64,000 bases of DNA from Pseudomonadota bacterium (GTDB lineage: Bacteria; Pseudomonadota; Alphaproteobacteria; UBA1280; JAAZVW01), in NCBI GenBank assembly GCA_018623135.1, contig JAAZVW010000003.1, positions 977 to 64,976 of the forward strand, given 5' to 3'. Position numbers and translations under genes: made by a program. Under the pieces are notes generated by a model. That model made no database searches, had not been told where the DNA came from, and saw only the letters and a program-made list of their open reading frames with translations. This document shows positions 55,238-63,093 of this stretch, one piece after another. The stretch's first letter is position 1. Every line of letters begins with the position of its first letter.

Positions 55238-55774
55238 ATGACAAAAAAACTCAGGTTATTTATTATTCTTTTGGCACTAGGTGTAGGTATGTTGGGTGTA
55301 TCTTATGCTTTTGTGCCTCTTTATAATATGTTTTGTCAGGTGTTAGGTATTCCTCAGGCTCGTTTGTTAACGGATGAAGATAAAACTCAGCAAGAATATG
55401 TTGTTGATGAAACGCGTATGATTACGGTGCGTTTTACAGGCCTTGCAGATAAAAATATGCCTGTAGAGTTTACACGTAAAGCACAACGGGTAGATTTGCC
55501 CGTTGGCCAACCGACTCTTACAGGCTATTTAGCAAAAAATCCATTGGCTGAAGATGTGCAGGGTATTGCTATTCATCAGGCACTGGGCTTCGGTGCAAAG
55601 GGTGAGAGGGATGTACTTGAGCATATTGATTTAATCGAGTGTTTTTGTTTTGATGAATATACTTATCCTGCGCAAAAAGAGGTCGCTCTTCCCTTAAGCT
55701 TTACAATTAAATCTTCTTTACCTCAAGATATTCATACCATTACATTTTCTTATACATTATATAAAGTTGACTAA
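55238..55774 (+). CDS. ctaG: Cytochrome c oxidase copper-assembly protein CtaG/COX11
   Basis: 178 aa with an N-terminal TM, VPLYNMFCQVLG and the CFCF copper-binding motif (ECFCFDEY). Confidence 0.85.
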   Translation: MTKKLRLFIILLALGVGMLGVSYAFVPLYNMFCQVLGIPQARLLTDEDKTQQEYVVDETRMITVRFTGLADKNMPVEFTRKAQRVDLPVGQPTLTGYLAKNPLAEDVQGIAIHQALGFGAKGERDVLEHIDLIECFCFDEYTYPAQKEVALPLSFTIKSSLPQDIHTITFSYTLYKVD

Positions 55775-55981
55775 ATTTGTTGTCTAATCGCCACATGTAT
55801 AAGCTATTGATGTGCTCAAAAAGTCTGTTTTTGTAGACAATCTTTAAATATCTCATTTAAAATCCAAAGAAAAATAAAAATATAAGTTCAAGATTTAAGT
55901 AAAATCAAAAACGCAGATAAGGCTTAGGTAAAGCCTTGTATATATTTTGTTGTGCAATAATAAAAAATAAAAGGCAACATA

Positions 55982-56893
55982 ATGCGCACCTTTATTGAAA
56001 AAGATTTTTATGCAAAAGGGTTTGAGGGCTATTACCTTAAATCTATAAACAAGCAAATGCAAACTGTGGAGACTCAGCGTCTTTCTGCATTAAGAGATTT
56101 TGTACTATTGAGCATGGCCTCGGTTGCGGCGGCGCTTGCGTCTTGGGGCTTGGGGTTATCAAGCTTTTGGGCTTTGGTTCTTTTTGTTGTAACCTTTATG
56201 CTTAGTTTACAACCACTTGTGCGTTATCAAAGTGAAAGTAAAGTCCAATTAATGCCAGAAGTTATGCGCTATTTTGGCGATGCTTATTCTTACCAATACT
56301 CTGGACGTAATCATCATTTATATTTGCCACTGCCACATCTGTTAGATCAAGGCCAAAAATTCGCAGCAACGCGTACGCTAAAAGGTGTTTATAAAGAAGC
56401 ACCGATAGAGGTACATCAAGGTGCTGTGGAATCTGCTGATGGTAAATTAGAATCAGCTTATCTTCTGCGTTTTAACCTTAAAGAAGTTTTTGATGGTACA
56501 ACCGTTGTTGATTATAAAATGGAAGAGCTTAAGCGTTTAAGAAGTGCAGACATTGCACCTGTTATTTTAGCGGCTGCTTTTGATATGGATATGCAAGGCT
56601 TACATGCTTATGCCCGACATATTCATGAAGCAAATAAAATTATTGGTGCCCCTTTGTTAACGCAATTTAAACGCCTTATTAAAAGCTTTAAGGCGAAAAA
56701 AGCAACATTAGTTGTACACGACAATACATTAAATATTTTATTGTACTCAGATGCCCGTATGATGGGTCTTCCGCTTTTATCTACGGTGTCTCGTGCACAG
56801 GTGCTTAAGCCATTGGTGCAATCTGTAACATCGATGATTTCTGTAATTGATGCTTTAAGAATGCAAGAATCTTACTTACATAATAAAAGGTAA
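55982..56893 (+). CDS. Hypothetical two-TM membrane protein inserted in the cox cluster (possibly DUF3137-like)
   Basis: 303 aa with a hairpin TM pair (FVLLSMASVAAALASWGLGL / FWALVLFVVTFMLSL) and then a soluble domain. The DUF3137 assignment is from memory only. Confidence 0.45.
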   Translation: MRTFIEKDFYAKGFEGYYLKSINKQMQTVETQRLSALRDFVLLSMASVAAALASWGLGLSSFWALVLFVVTFMLSLQPLVRYQSESKVQLMPEVMRYFGDAYSYQYSGRNHHLYLPLPHLLDQGQKFAATRTLKGVYKEAPIEVHQGAVESADGKLESAYLLRFNLKEVFDGTTVVDYKMEELKRLRSADIAPVILAAAFDMDMQGLHAYARHIHEANKIIGAPLLTQFKRLIKSFKAKKATLVVHDNTLNILLYSDARMMGLPLLSTVSRAQVLKPLVQSVTSMISVIDALRMQESYLHNKR

Positions 56894-56994
56894 GACAAGG
56901 AAATATTTTTTGTCAATTTGCTCTCTGTCTGGTAGAGTTTTGTGTGAGCATTTTATGCGTAACCTAATTTAAAAATAAAAAGAGTGAAAAAATA

Positions 56995-58551
56995 ATGGCA
57001 ACAGAAACAGCTAAAAAAGGTTTTCTTCATTACCTAACAACTGTGGATCATAAAGAAATTGGTAAGATGTATCTTATCTCTGCGCTTATCTTCTTCTTTA
57101 TTGGTGGTGCAATGGCGTGGATGATCCGTTTGGAATTGTTCGAGCCGGGGCAGCAACTTATCTCACCTGATGTTTTTAATCAGATGACGGCAATGCATGC
57201 AACTTTTATGATTTTCTTTGCGATTATTCCAGGGCTTGTCGGGTTTGGTAACTATTTTGTGCCGATTATGGTGGGCTCACCAGATATGGCTTTTCCGCGT
57301 TTAAATAACTGGTCTTTCTGGGTGATGCCTTTTGCAGGTGCGCTTATGTTAGGTTCTTTATTTGTTGAAGGGGGCTCTAATGCCGCAGGTTGGACTATAT
57401 ACCCACCACTGACGGATAAGCTTTATTCACCAGGTGTTGGTGTTGATATGTGGATTCTTGGTGTGCATTTAGCAGGTGCCTCTTCAATTTTAGGAGCTAT
57501 TAACTTTATTGTAACAATTTTAAATATGCGTGCACCTGGTATGTCGTTATTTAAAATGCCTCTTTTTGTTTGGTCTTGGTTGGTAACAGCTTGGCTTATG
57601 CTTATTGCAACACCTGTTTTAGCGGGTGCTATTACAATGTTGTTAACAGACCGTAATTTTGGCACATCTTTCTTTAATATGGCAGGTGGCGGCGACCCTG
57701 TACTCTTCCAACATATCTTCTGGTTCTATTCTCACCCAGCTGTATATATTATGATTTTACCAGCCTTTGGCATGATTTCAGAAATTATACCAACATTTTC
57801 ACGTAAGAAACTTTTTGGTTATTCGGCAATGGTTTACTCTATGGCCACTATTGCAGCCTTAGGCCTTATTGTATGGGCGCACCATATGTACACCGTTGGT
57901 ATGGATTTAGTGGCGCAAACAATTTTCATGTCAATGACCATGCTTATTGCGGTGCCGACAGGGGTTAAAGTCTTCTCTTGGATGGCAACCATGTGGGGAG
58001 GTCGATTAGAGTTCACCGTTGCGATGAAGTATGCTATTGGCTTTATTGCTTTATTTACATTAGGTGGTCTTTCAGGTGTTATGCTTGCTGCTGTCCCTGT
58101 GGATTACATGGTGCATGATACATATTTTGTTGTGGCTCATATCCATTATGTATTTGTTGCGGGTTCATTTATGGGGCTTATGGCAGGTCTATATTATTGG
58201 TTCCCTAAAATGTCGGGTCGTAAGCTTTGTGAAAAATTAGGTAACTGGCATTTTTGGTTAACTTTTGTAACCCTTAATTTAACATTCTTCCCAATGCACT
58301 TTTTAGGGCTTATGGGTATGCCGCGCCGTATTGCAGACTATAACCCAATTTGGACAGATATGAACCAAATTGCAACAATTGGCGCTATTGGTTTTGGTTT
58401 AGTTCAATTGCTTATGGTTTATAATGTTATCCGCGCTTCTAAAAAAGGAGCAGTTGCAGGTGATAATCCTTGGGAAGGTGATACGCTAGAGTGGACAATT
58501 AGCTCCCCTCCAACAGCGCATAACTTTGAAAAATTGCCGGTTGTAAAATAA
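56995..58551 (+). CDS. ctaD: Cytochrome c oxidase subunit I
   Basis: 518 aa with WFYSHPAVYIMILPAFG, WAHHMYTVGMD and HDTYFVVAHIHYV, which are the heme-copper oxidase ligand motifs. Confidence 0.96.
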   Translation: MATETAKKGFLHYLTTVDHKEIGKMYLISALIFFFIGGAMAWMIRLELFEPGQQLISPDVFNQMTAMHATFMIFFAIIPGLVGFGNYFVPIMVGSPDMAFPRLNNWSFWVMPFAGALMLGSLFVEGGSNAAGWTIYPPLTDKLYSPGVGVDMWILGVHLAGASSILGAINFIVTILNMRAPGMSLFKMPLFVWSWLVTAWLMLIATPVLAGAITMLLTDRNFGTSFFNMAGGGDPVLFQHIFWFYSHPAVYIMILPAFGMISEIIPTFSRKKLFGYSAMVYSMATIAALGLIVWAHHMYTVGMDLVAQTIFMSMTMLIAVPTGVKVFSWMATMWGGRLEFTVAMKYAIGFIALFTLGGLSGVMLAAVPVDYMVHDTYFVVAHIHYVFVAGSFMGLMAGLYYWFPKMSGRKLCEKLGNWHFWLTFVTLNLTFFPMHFLGLMGMPRRIADYNPIWTDMNQIATIGAIGFGLVQLLMVYNVIRASKKGAVAGDNPWEGDTLEWTISSPPTAHNFEKLPVVK

Positions 58552-58563
58552 GGGATAAAATTT

Positions 58564-58674
58564 ATGGAAAACCAAGTACAATCATTTAGTGAACAACGCC
58601 GTAAAAAGAATATTATTTTAGGCGCTAGCCTCTTTGGTTTTTCGGTTTTAGTGGCACTTTCTGTGCTTCTTTAA
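58564..58674 (+). CDS. Candidate 36-aa single-TM protein (below the ORF-track cutoff)
   Basis: My own translation gives MENQVQSFSEQRRKKNIILGASLFGFSVLVALSVLL. It starts 12 nt after the ctaD stop and has a basic patch followed by one TM, like small oxidase subunits or assembly peptides. Confidence 0.35.
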   Translation: MENQVQSFSEQRRKKNIILGASLFGFSVLVALSVLL

Positions 58675-58692
58675 AGATAAAGGTTAAAGGTA

Positions 58693-58962
58693 ATGACAAC
58701 AACAAAACGCCGCCATTATTCTGTACGTAAGTTAGAGGAAGAATATTCTAATACTTACGGTAAAATGATCAAATTAGGTGCCTTGGTTATCTTATTTGGT
58801 TTGGTGTACTTTTTTGCAATGCTTATTTATTTAGGTCAAACAGGGCAAACAAAGTATGCGCCTTTTGTTGAGCAATTTGGCGATGAGGTTGAGCTGGAGT
58901 ATGGTGGCTCTCGCGTGCCAGAAGCCGATATTCAAAAAGGTATTGAAGCAGGTCAAAAATAA
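58693..58962 (+). CDS. Hypothetical single-TM protein in the cox cluster
   Basis: 89 aa with a basic N-terminus, a TM (LGALVILFGLVYFFAMLIYL) and an acidic C-terminus. AAAGG lies upstream. Confidence 0.4.
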   Translation: MTTTKRRHYSVRKLEEEYSNTYGKMIKLGALVILFGLVYFFAMLIYLGQTGQTKYAPFVEQFGDEVELEYGGSRVPEADIQKGIEAGQK

Positions 58963-58990
58963 TTTGGCTTGATAATGTAAGGGAAAAAAG

Positions 58991-59791
58991 ATGTCACATA
59001 CTCAAGATCACGATTTTCACGTACCTAAACCAAGTATTTGGCCGCCGGTTTCTTGCCTAGGTGCAGGTTTAATGGCTTTTGCTTTTGTGATGATGGTAGC
59101 AACTAAGTCTGCTGATATGCCATGGGGTGCACTATATGCACAAATTACAATGGTTGTAGGTTTGTTAACACTTGTTTTAGGTGCAGGTAAGTGGTGGTGC
59201 ATGCTCATTAAAGAAAGCCGTGAGCGTGGCTATGATAAAGTACCTAAGGTGCTAGATTTGGCAAACCGTTATGGTATGGTCTTCTTTATTGCATCAGAAG
59301 TTATGTTCTTTGCTGCATTCTTTATTGCATATTTTTATGCAAGTACATTTAATATTGTTTGGCCACCTTCTAATATTGAAGTGCTTTCTATTGAGTTGCC
59401 AGTTATTAATACGTTATTGTTACTCTCTTCAGGCGCAACAATTAGCTGGGCGCACCACGCGCTTATTAAGGGTGATCGTAAAACCCTTGTGCGTTACACG
59501 TTACTTACAGCCGTGTTAGGTTTTATTTTCTTAGGCTTGCAAATGCTAGAATATTCTCATGCTGCTTTTGCTTTTGATAGCGGTATTTATGGTTCTGCAT
59601 TTTACTTATTAACAGGTTTTCATGGCTTCCATGTGTTTGTGGGTTCGGTTATGTTGCTTGTTTTGTATAAACGACTCAAAAAAGGTGACTTTAGCCAAAA
59701 GCACCATTTTTACTTTGAAGGTGCCGCTTGGTATTGGCACTTTGTAGATGTTGTTTGGATAGGTTTATTTTTATTTGTTTACGCACTATAA
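58991..59791 (+). CDS. ctaE: Cytochrome c oxidase subunit III
   Basis: 266 aa with 7 TM segments. FFIASEVMFFAAFF, GFHGFHVFVG and AWYWHFVDVVW are typical. Confidence 0.92.
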   Translation: MSHTQDHDFHVPKPSIWPPVSCLGAGLMAFAFVMMVATKSADMPWGALYAQITMVVGLLTLVLGAGKWWCMLIKESRERGYDKVPKVLDLANRYGMVFFIASEVMFFAAFFIAYFYASTFNIVWPPSNIEVLSIELPVINTLLLLSSGATISWAHHALIKGDRKTLVRYTLLTAVLGFIFLGLQMLEYSHAAFAFDSGIYGSAFYLLTGFHGFHVFVGSVMLLVLYKRLKKGDFSQKHHFYFEGAAWYWHFVDVVWIGLFLFVYAL

Positions 59792-59796
59792 GTTTT

Positions 59797-59823
59797 AAAA
59801 GCCCCTTAATTGGGGCTTTTTTT
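59797..59823 (+). terminator. Intrinsic terminator at the end of the cox cluster
   Basis: Stem gcccc/ggggc (59801-59805 and 59812-59816) followed by a run of 7 T. Confidence 0.75.
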
Positions 59824-59939
59824 ACGGGTGTCAGGAATTTATTAAAATGCACTGTATACTTTTTATGCGGCGCAACATAAATAAGTAGAGCACAAAGGTT
59901 ACCCTGAGCAAGTAACCAACAAATGAAGAGGACAAAAAA

Positions 59940-60110
59940 ATGTTTACTTTTGAAAACGTAATTGCAGACAAAGAAAATAAAAAGCGCCAAGAGCAAAAAG
60001 ATGAGCGTTCTCATCTTTGGCAAGAGCAAATTGCGCAGGAAGAATTTTCAGAGCAGATGCCAGAAAAAGGTCAACGCACTGAAAAAACAGAAGTGGTTGT
60101 AGAGCTGTAA
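59940..60110 (+). CDS. Candidate small acidic protein (56 aa)
   Basis: My own translation gives MFTFENVIADKENKKRQEQKDERSHLWQEQIAQEEFSEQMPEKGQRTEKTEVVVEL. It lies between two terminators, and no convincing Shine-Dalgarno was seen. Confidence 0.3.
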   Translation: MFTFENVIADKENKKRQEQKDERSHLWQEQIAQEEFSEQMPEKGQRTEKTEVVVEL

Positions 60111-60134
60111 CCCTTCTATTTTGTTTAGAGAACG

Positions 60135-60165
60135 AAAAAGCCGCCCTTTAAAAGGGCGGCTTTTT
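60135..60165. terminator. Bidirectional intrinsic terminator
   Basis: 9-bp stem gccgccctt/aagggcggc (60140-60148 and 60152-60160), flanked by an A-run and a T-run. Confidence 0.8.
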
Positions 60166-60180
60166 ATGCTCCATATTGTT

Positions 60181-61014
60181 TTAAGCGTGGTCGATAATTT
60201 CTTGTAGCACACGAGCAGCTTTGGTGCCATGTGGCGGGTTGGGGTTCGGGTTGTTGCCTGTATCTTGGAACAGTTCCTTGATACAACCAATAAGCACCAG
60301 TTCACCAAAATAGTCAAAGTGGTTAAAAATACCAGAATGACCACTGCCTGCAGGGTTGAAAGTATGGCGATTGGAGTACTCAATATTACGAGCACGGGTA
60401 GAGTTCCCATTATAACCTCGTTTGCCCATATCACCCCAAGGGCGCGCATTAAACTGGTAAAAGGTGAGCCAGCTAATAACTTTTGCCCAGCTTACCACAT
60501 CGTCATCTTGCGTATGCCACACATGGAAGGATTCAACCTTTTTGGGTGCCAAATTACTGCGCAATGCCGGGTTTAGGTAACTATACATATTTGCATAGTA
60601 GCCTGCAGTTAATCGGCTTGCCATATCCATAATTGCACAGCCGTTGGAATGCCCAATCACCGCTACTTTTTTTCCGTTAGAGGCATGGTAGCTTATGCGT
60701 TTTGCCAAATATTTAGCAATCCGCTTATTGGTGAAAGAGGGCAGACCCACCCAACGGTAACCAATAACTTCACCCCAAATTTTTAAATGGGGTGCGTATT
60801 TTTGCGTTGGTAGTAACTGCAAGAATTTAGCAGTGGTGTCTGCACCTGCGTCGGTAACGTTGATACCATGAATCATCAACACAACCATGTCCGAACTTTC
60901 GTAAGAGTAAGGCGCTTTTTGGCTGAAGTTATGATTCATGTTTTTTGCTTCTTTTTTGCCATCCCAAAGGTCGGCAAAATTTTTAATTTTTGGCAGATAT
61001 TTTGAAAGACCCAT
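60181..61014 (-). CDS. Alpha/beta-hydrolase (lipase/esterase-like) protein
   Basis: 277 aa. VVLMIHGI and a GHSNG nucleophile elbow, with later Asp and His candidates (WHTQDDDVV; SGHSGIFNHFDY). Confidence 0.6.
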   Translation of the reverse strand: MGLSKYLPKIKNFADLWDGKKEAKNMNHNFSQKAPYSYESSDMVVLMIHGINVTDAGADTTAKFLQLLPTQKYAPHLKIWGEVIGYRWVGLPSFTNKRIAKYLAKRISYHASNGKKVAVIGHSNGCAIMDMASRLTAGYYANMYSYLNPALRSNLAPKKVESFHVWHTQDDDVVSWAKVISWLTFYQFNARPWGDMGKRGYNGNSTRARNIEYSNRHTFNPAGSGHSGIFNHFDYFGELVLIGCIKELFQDTGNNPNPNPPHGTKAARVLQEIIDHA

Positions 61015-61132
61015 AAGGCCCCCTTAATTAAGAATGGTAAAAAGGGAATTTGCCTAAATCTAAAATAGATTTAGAGGTAATGTTGGGTTAGTATAAGTAT
61101 CAAATACTAAAAAACAAGATTGAATCCATAAA

Positions 61133-61630
61133 ATGTATGAACTTAAAGATTGCGATTTTGCGCCTATCCCCAATATTGTAACTCTAAACGTAGGTGCCGA
61201 TTTGCCAGATATTAGCCTTATTACGGCTTGCTTTACCCTTGTTTTTAATACCAAGGGGCAAATTCTTTTAGTGACACAAGATAAGAAAGGCTGGCATTTA
61301 CCTGCAGGTAGGCCAGAAGGAGGCGAGTCGCCTGCTGAAACAGCCAGTAAAGGCGTCTGGGAAATGTCTTCTGTAAGTACAGATACGCTAACGCTTATTG
61401 CCAATAGGCATGTGCAAATAAATGCGGATTGCCCAAGCGATTATTACGAGCCTTACCCCGAACAATATCATTGCTTTTTTGTATCGCAAGTTTTAGATGC
61501 TCAGGTACCTGAACCAGTTGAAGGGCAAACACATCTTGCAAAGTTTTTTGACCCAGAGGATGCCCTAAAAGCCCTTTTTGATGAGCAAAAGAAGCTGCTT
61601 GTTGAAACAATGATTAAGTATTTTGGTTAA
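61133..61630 (+). CDS. Nudix-fold protein with a degenerate Nudix box
   Basis: 165 aa. GWHLPAGRPEGGESPAETASKGVWEMSSV aligns to Gx5Ex7REUxEExGU, but KG replaces RE and EM replaces EE. Confidence 0.5.
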   Translation: MYELKDCDFAPIPNIVTLNVGADLPDISLITACFTLVFNTKGQILLVTQDKKGWHLPAGRPEGGESPAETASKGVWEMSSVSTDTLTLIANRHVQINADCPSDYYEPYPEQYHCFFVSQVLDAQVPEPVEGQTHLAKFFDPEDALKALFDEQKKLLVETMIKYFG

Positions 61631-61650
61631 GGTAAAACAGGAGAAAGCCA

Positions 61651-63021
61651 ATGCAGTATCTTAGTACAAGAGATTACGGCCCAGTTTCTTTTGATCAGGT
61701 ACTGGCAGATGGCTTAGCACCAGATGGTGGCTTGTATTTGCCGATTGATTATCCACAAATAAGCCCTGACCAGCAGAAAATCTTCCAAAATAAAAGCTAT
61801 ATAGAAATAGCCTTTGATATTATCTACCCCTATGTATCTCAAGCATATGAAGCTCAACAGCTTAAGGATATGCTGGAAAAAGCTTATGCAAATTTTGATA
61901 CAGCAGAAATTACACCCTTAAAAAAAATCTCAGAAAATTGTTATTTTTTAGAACTCTTCCATGGACCAACTCTTGCGTTTAAGGATGTAGCTTTGCAATT
62001 GTTGGGGCTTTTTTATGAAGCCTTATTAAAAAAATCAGATTCGTTTAAAACCGTTTTAGGCGCCACATCAGGTGATACAGGCCCTGCTGCTATAGAGGGG
62101 CTTAAAAATTGCGATAAGGTGCGTATTTATATGCTGTATCCTTACGGTAGAATTAGCGATATTCAGCGCAAGCAAATGACAACGGTTGCTGCAAAAAATG
62201 TCGTACCAGTTGCTGTTGAAGGTAGCTTTGATGATTGCCAAAATTTAGTAAAAGAAGCCTTTTCAGATGCTAATTTTAGGAAAGAAATGCACCTAACGGC
62301 TGTTAATTCTATATCTTGGGCGCGTCTGTTGCCGCAAATTGTTTATTATTTTTATGCGCAAAGCCGTTTAAATCTACAACAAGGGCAGGTGCCTCACTTT
62401 GTCGTGCCAACGGGTAATTTTGGTGATATTTTTGCAGGTTTTGTTGCTCGCTATATGGGCTTGGAGGCTGATTTTACTTTAGCTGCAAATCAAAATGATA
62501 TTTTGAGCCGTTTAGTGAACAATAATGACTATTCTCAAAAAGAAGTGAGAGCAAGCCAAAGCCCAAGTATAGATATTCAAGTTGCCTCTAATTTTGAACG
62601 TTATTTGTTTGAGCTCAATGGACGAGATGCACAACAAACGGCACAAATGATGCATGATTTTAAACAAAGGGGTTTGCTTGAATTACCTACAGATACTTAT
62701 GAGCAGCTTCAGCTAGAAGTTTCTGCCGCCGCGGTATCAGAAGTAGAGACAACAAAAACAATCACCAATATTTATAAAAAACACGGATATATGATAGATC
62801 CACACACAGCCGTTGCGGTAAAAGCAGCAGAAAAATTAAAGCTAAAACAAATGGTTTGTTTGGCAACTGCGCATCCTGCAAAATTTCCCAAAGCGGTGGC
62901 GGCGGCTATAAATATATTTCCGGATCTACCACAGAAACAACAGCATATTTTACAAAAAGAAGAACGCTTCGTTAAAATTGCACCAGAACTTACAGCCCTT
63001 AAAGAACTGATGCGCCAATAA
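61651..63021 (+). CDS. thrC: Threonine synthase
   Basis: 456 aa with YLSTR at the N-terminus, the PLP-lysine motif FHGPTLAFKD and SGDTGPAA. Confidence 0.92.
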   Translation: MQYLSTRDYGPVSFDQVLADGLAPDGGLYLPIDYPQISPDQQKIFQNKSYIEIAFDIIYPYVSQAYEAQQLKDMLEKAYANFDTAEITPLKKISENCYFLELFHGPTLAFKDVALQLLGLFYEALLKKSDSFKTVLGATSGDTGPAAIEGLKNCDKVRIYMLYPYGRISDIQRKQMTTVAAKNVVPVAVEGSFDDCQNLVKEAFSDANFRKEMHLTAVNSISWARLLPQIVYYFYAQSRLNLQQGQVPHFVVPTGNFGDIFAGFVARYMGLEADFTLAANQNDILSRLVNNNDYSQKEVRASQSPSIDIQVASNFERYLFELNGRDAQQTAQMMHDFKQRGLLELPTDTYEQLQLEVSAAAVSEVETTKTITNIYKKHGYMIDPHTAVAVKAAEKLKLKQMVCLATAHPAKFPKAVAAAINIFPDLPQKQQHILQKEERFVKIAPELTALKELMRQ

Positions 63022-63093
63022 ATTGCTATTTTCTTGACCTAAAAGGATAATTTCCTGTACAAGAGGAGAATATTGAGTTCGAAAGGAATACAA

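Noticed and set aside
59691-60449. Minus-strand ORFs 59691-60029 (112 aa) and 60048-60449 (133 aa)
   Set aside because: The first overlaps the 3' end of ctaE and its terminator. The second lies inside the GHSNG hydrolase gene in another frame and spans the 60135-60165 terminator. Both are hydrophobic, low-complexity products of AT-rich sequence with no motifs.
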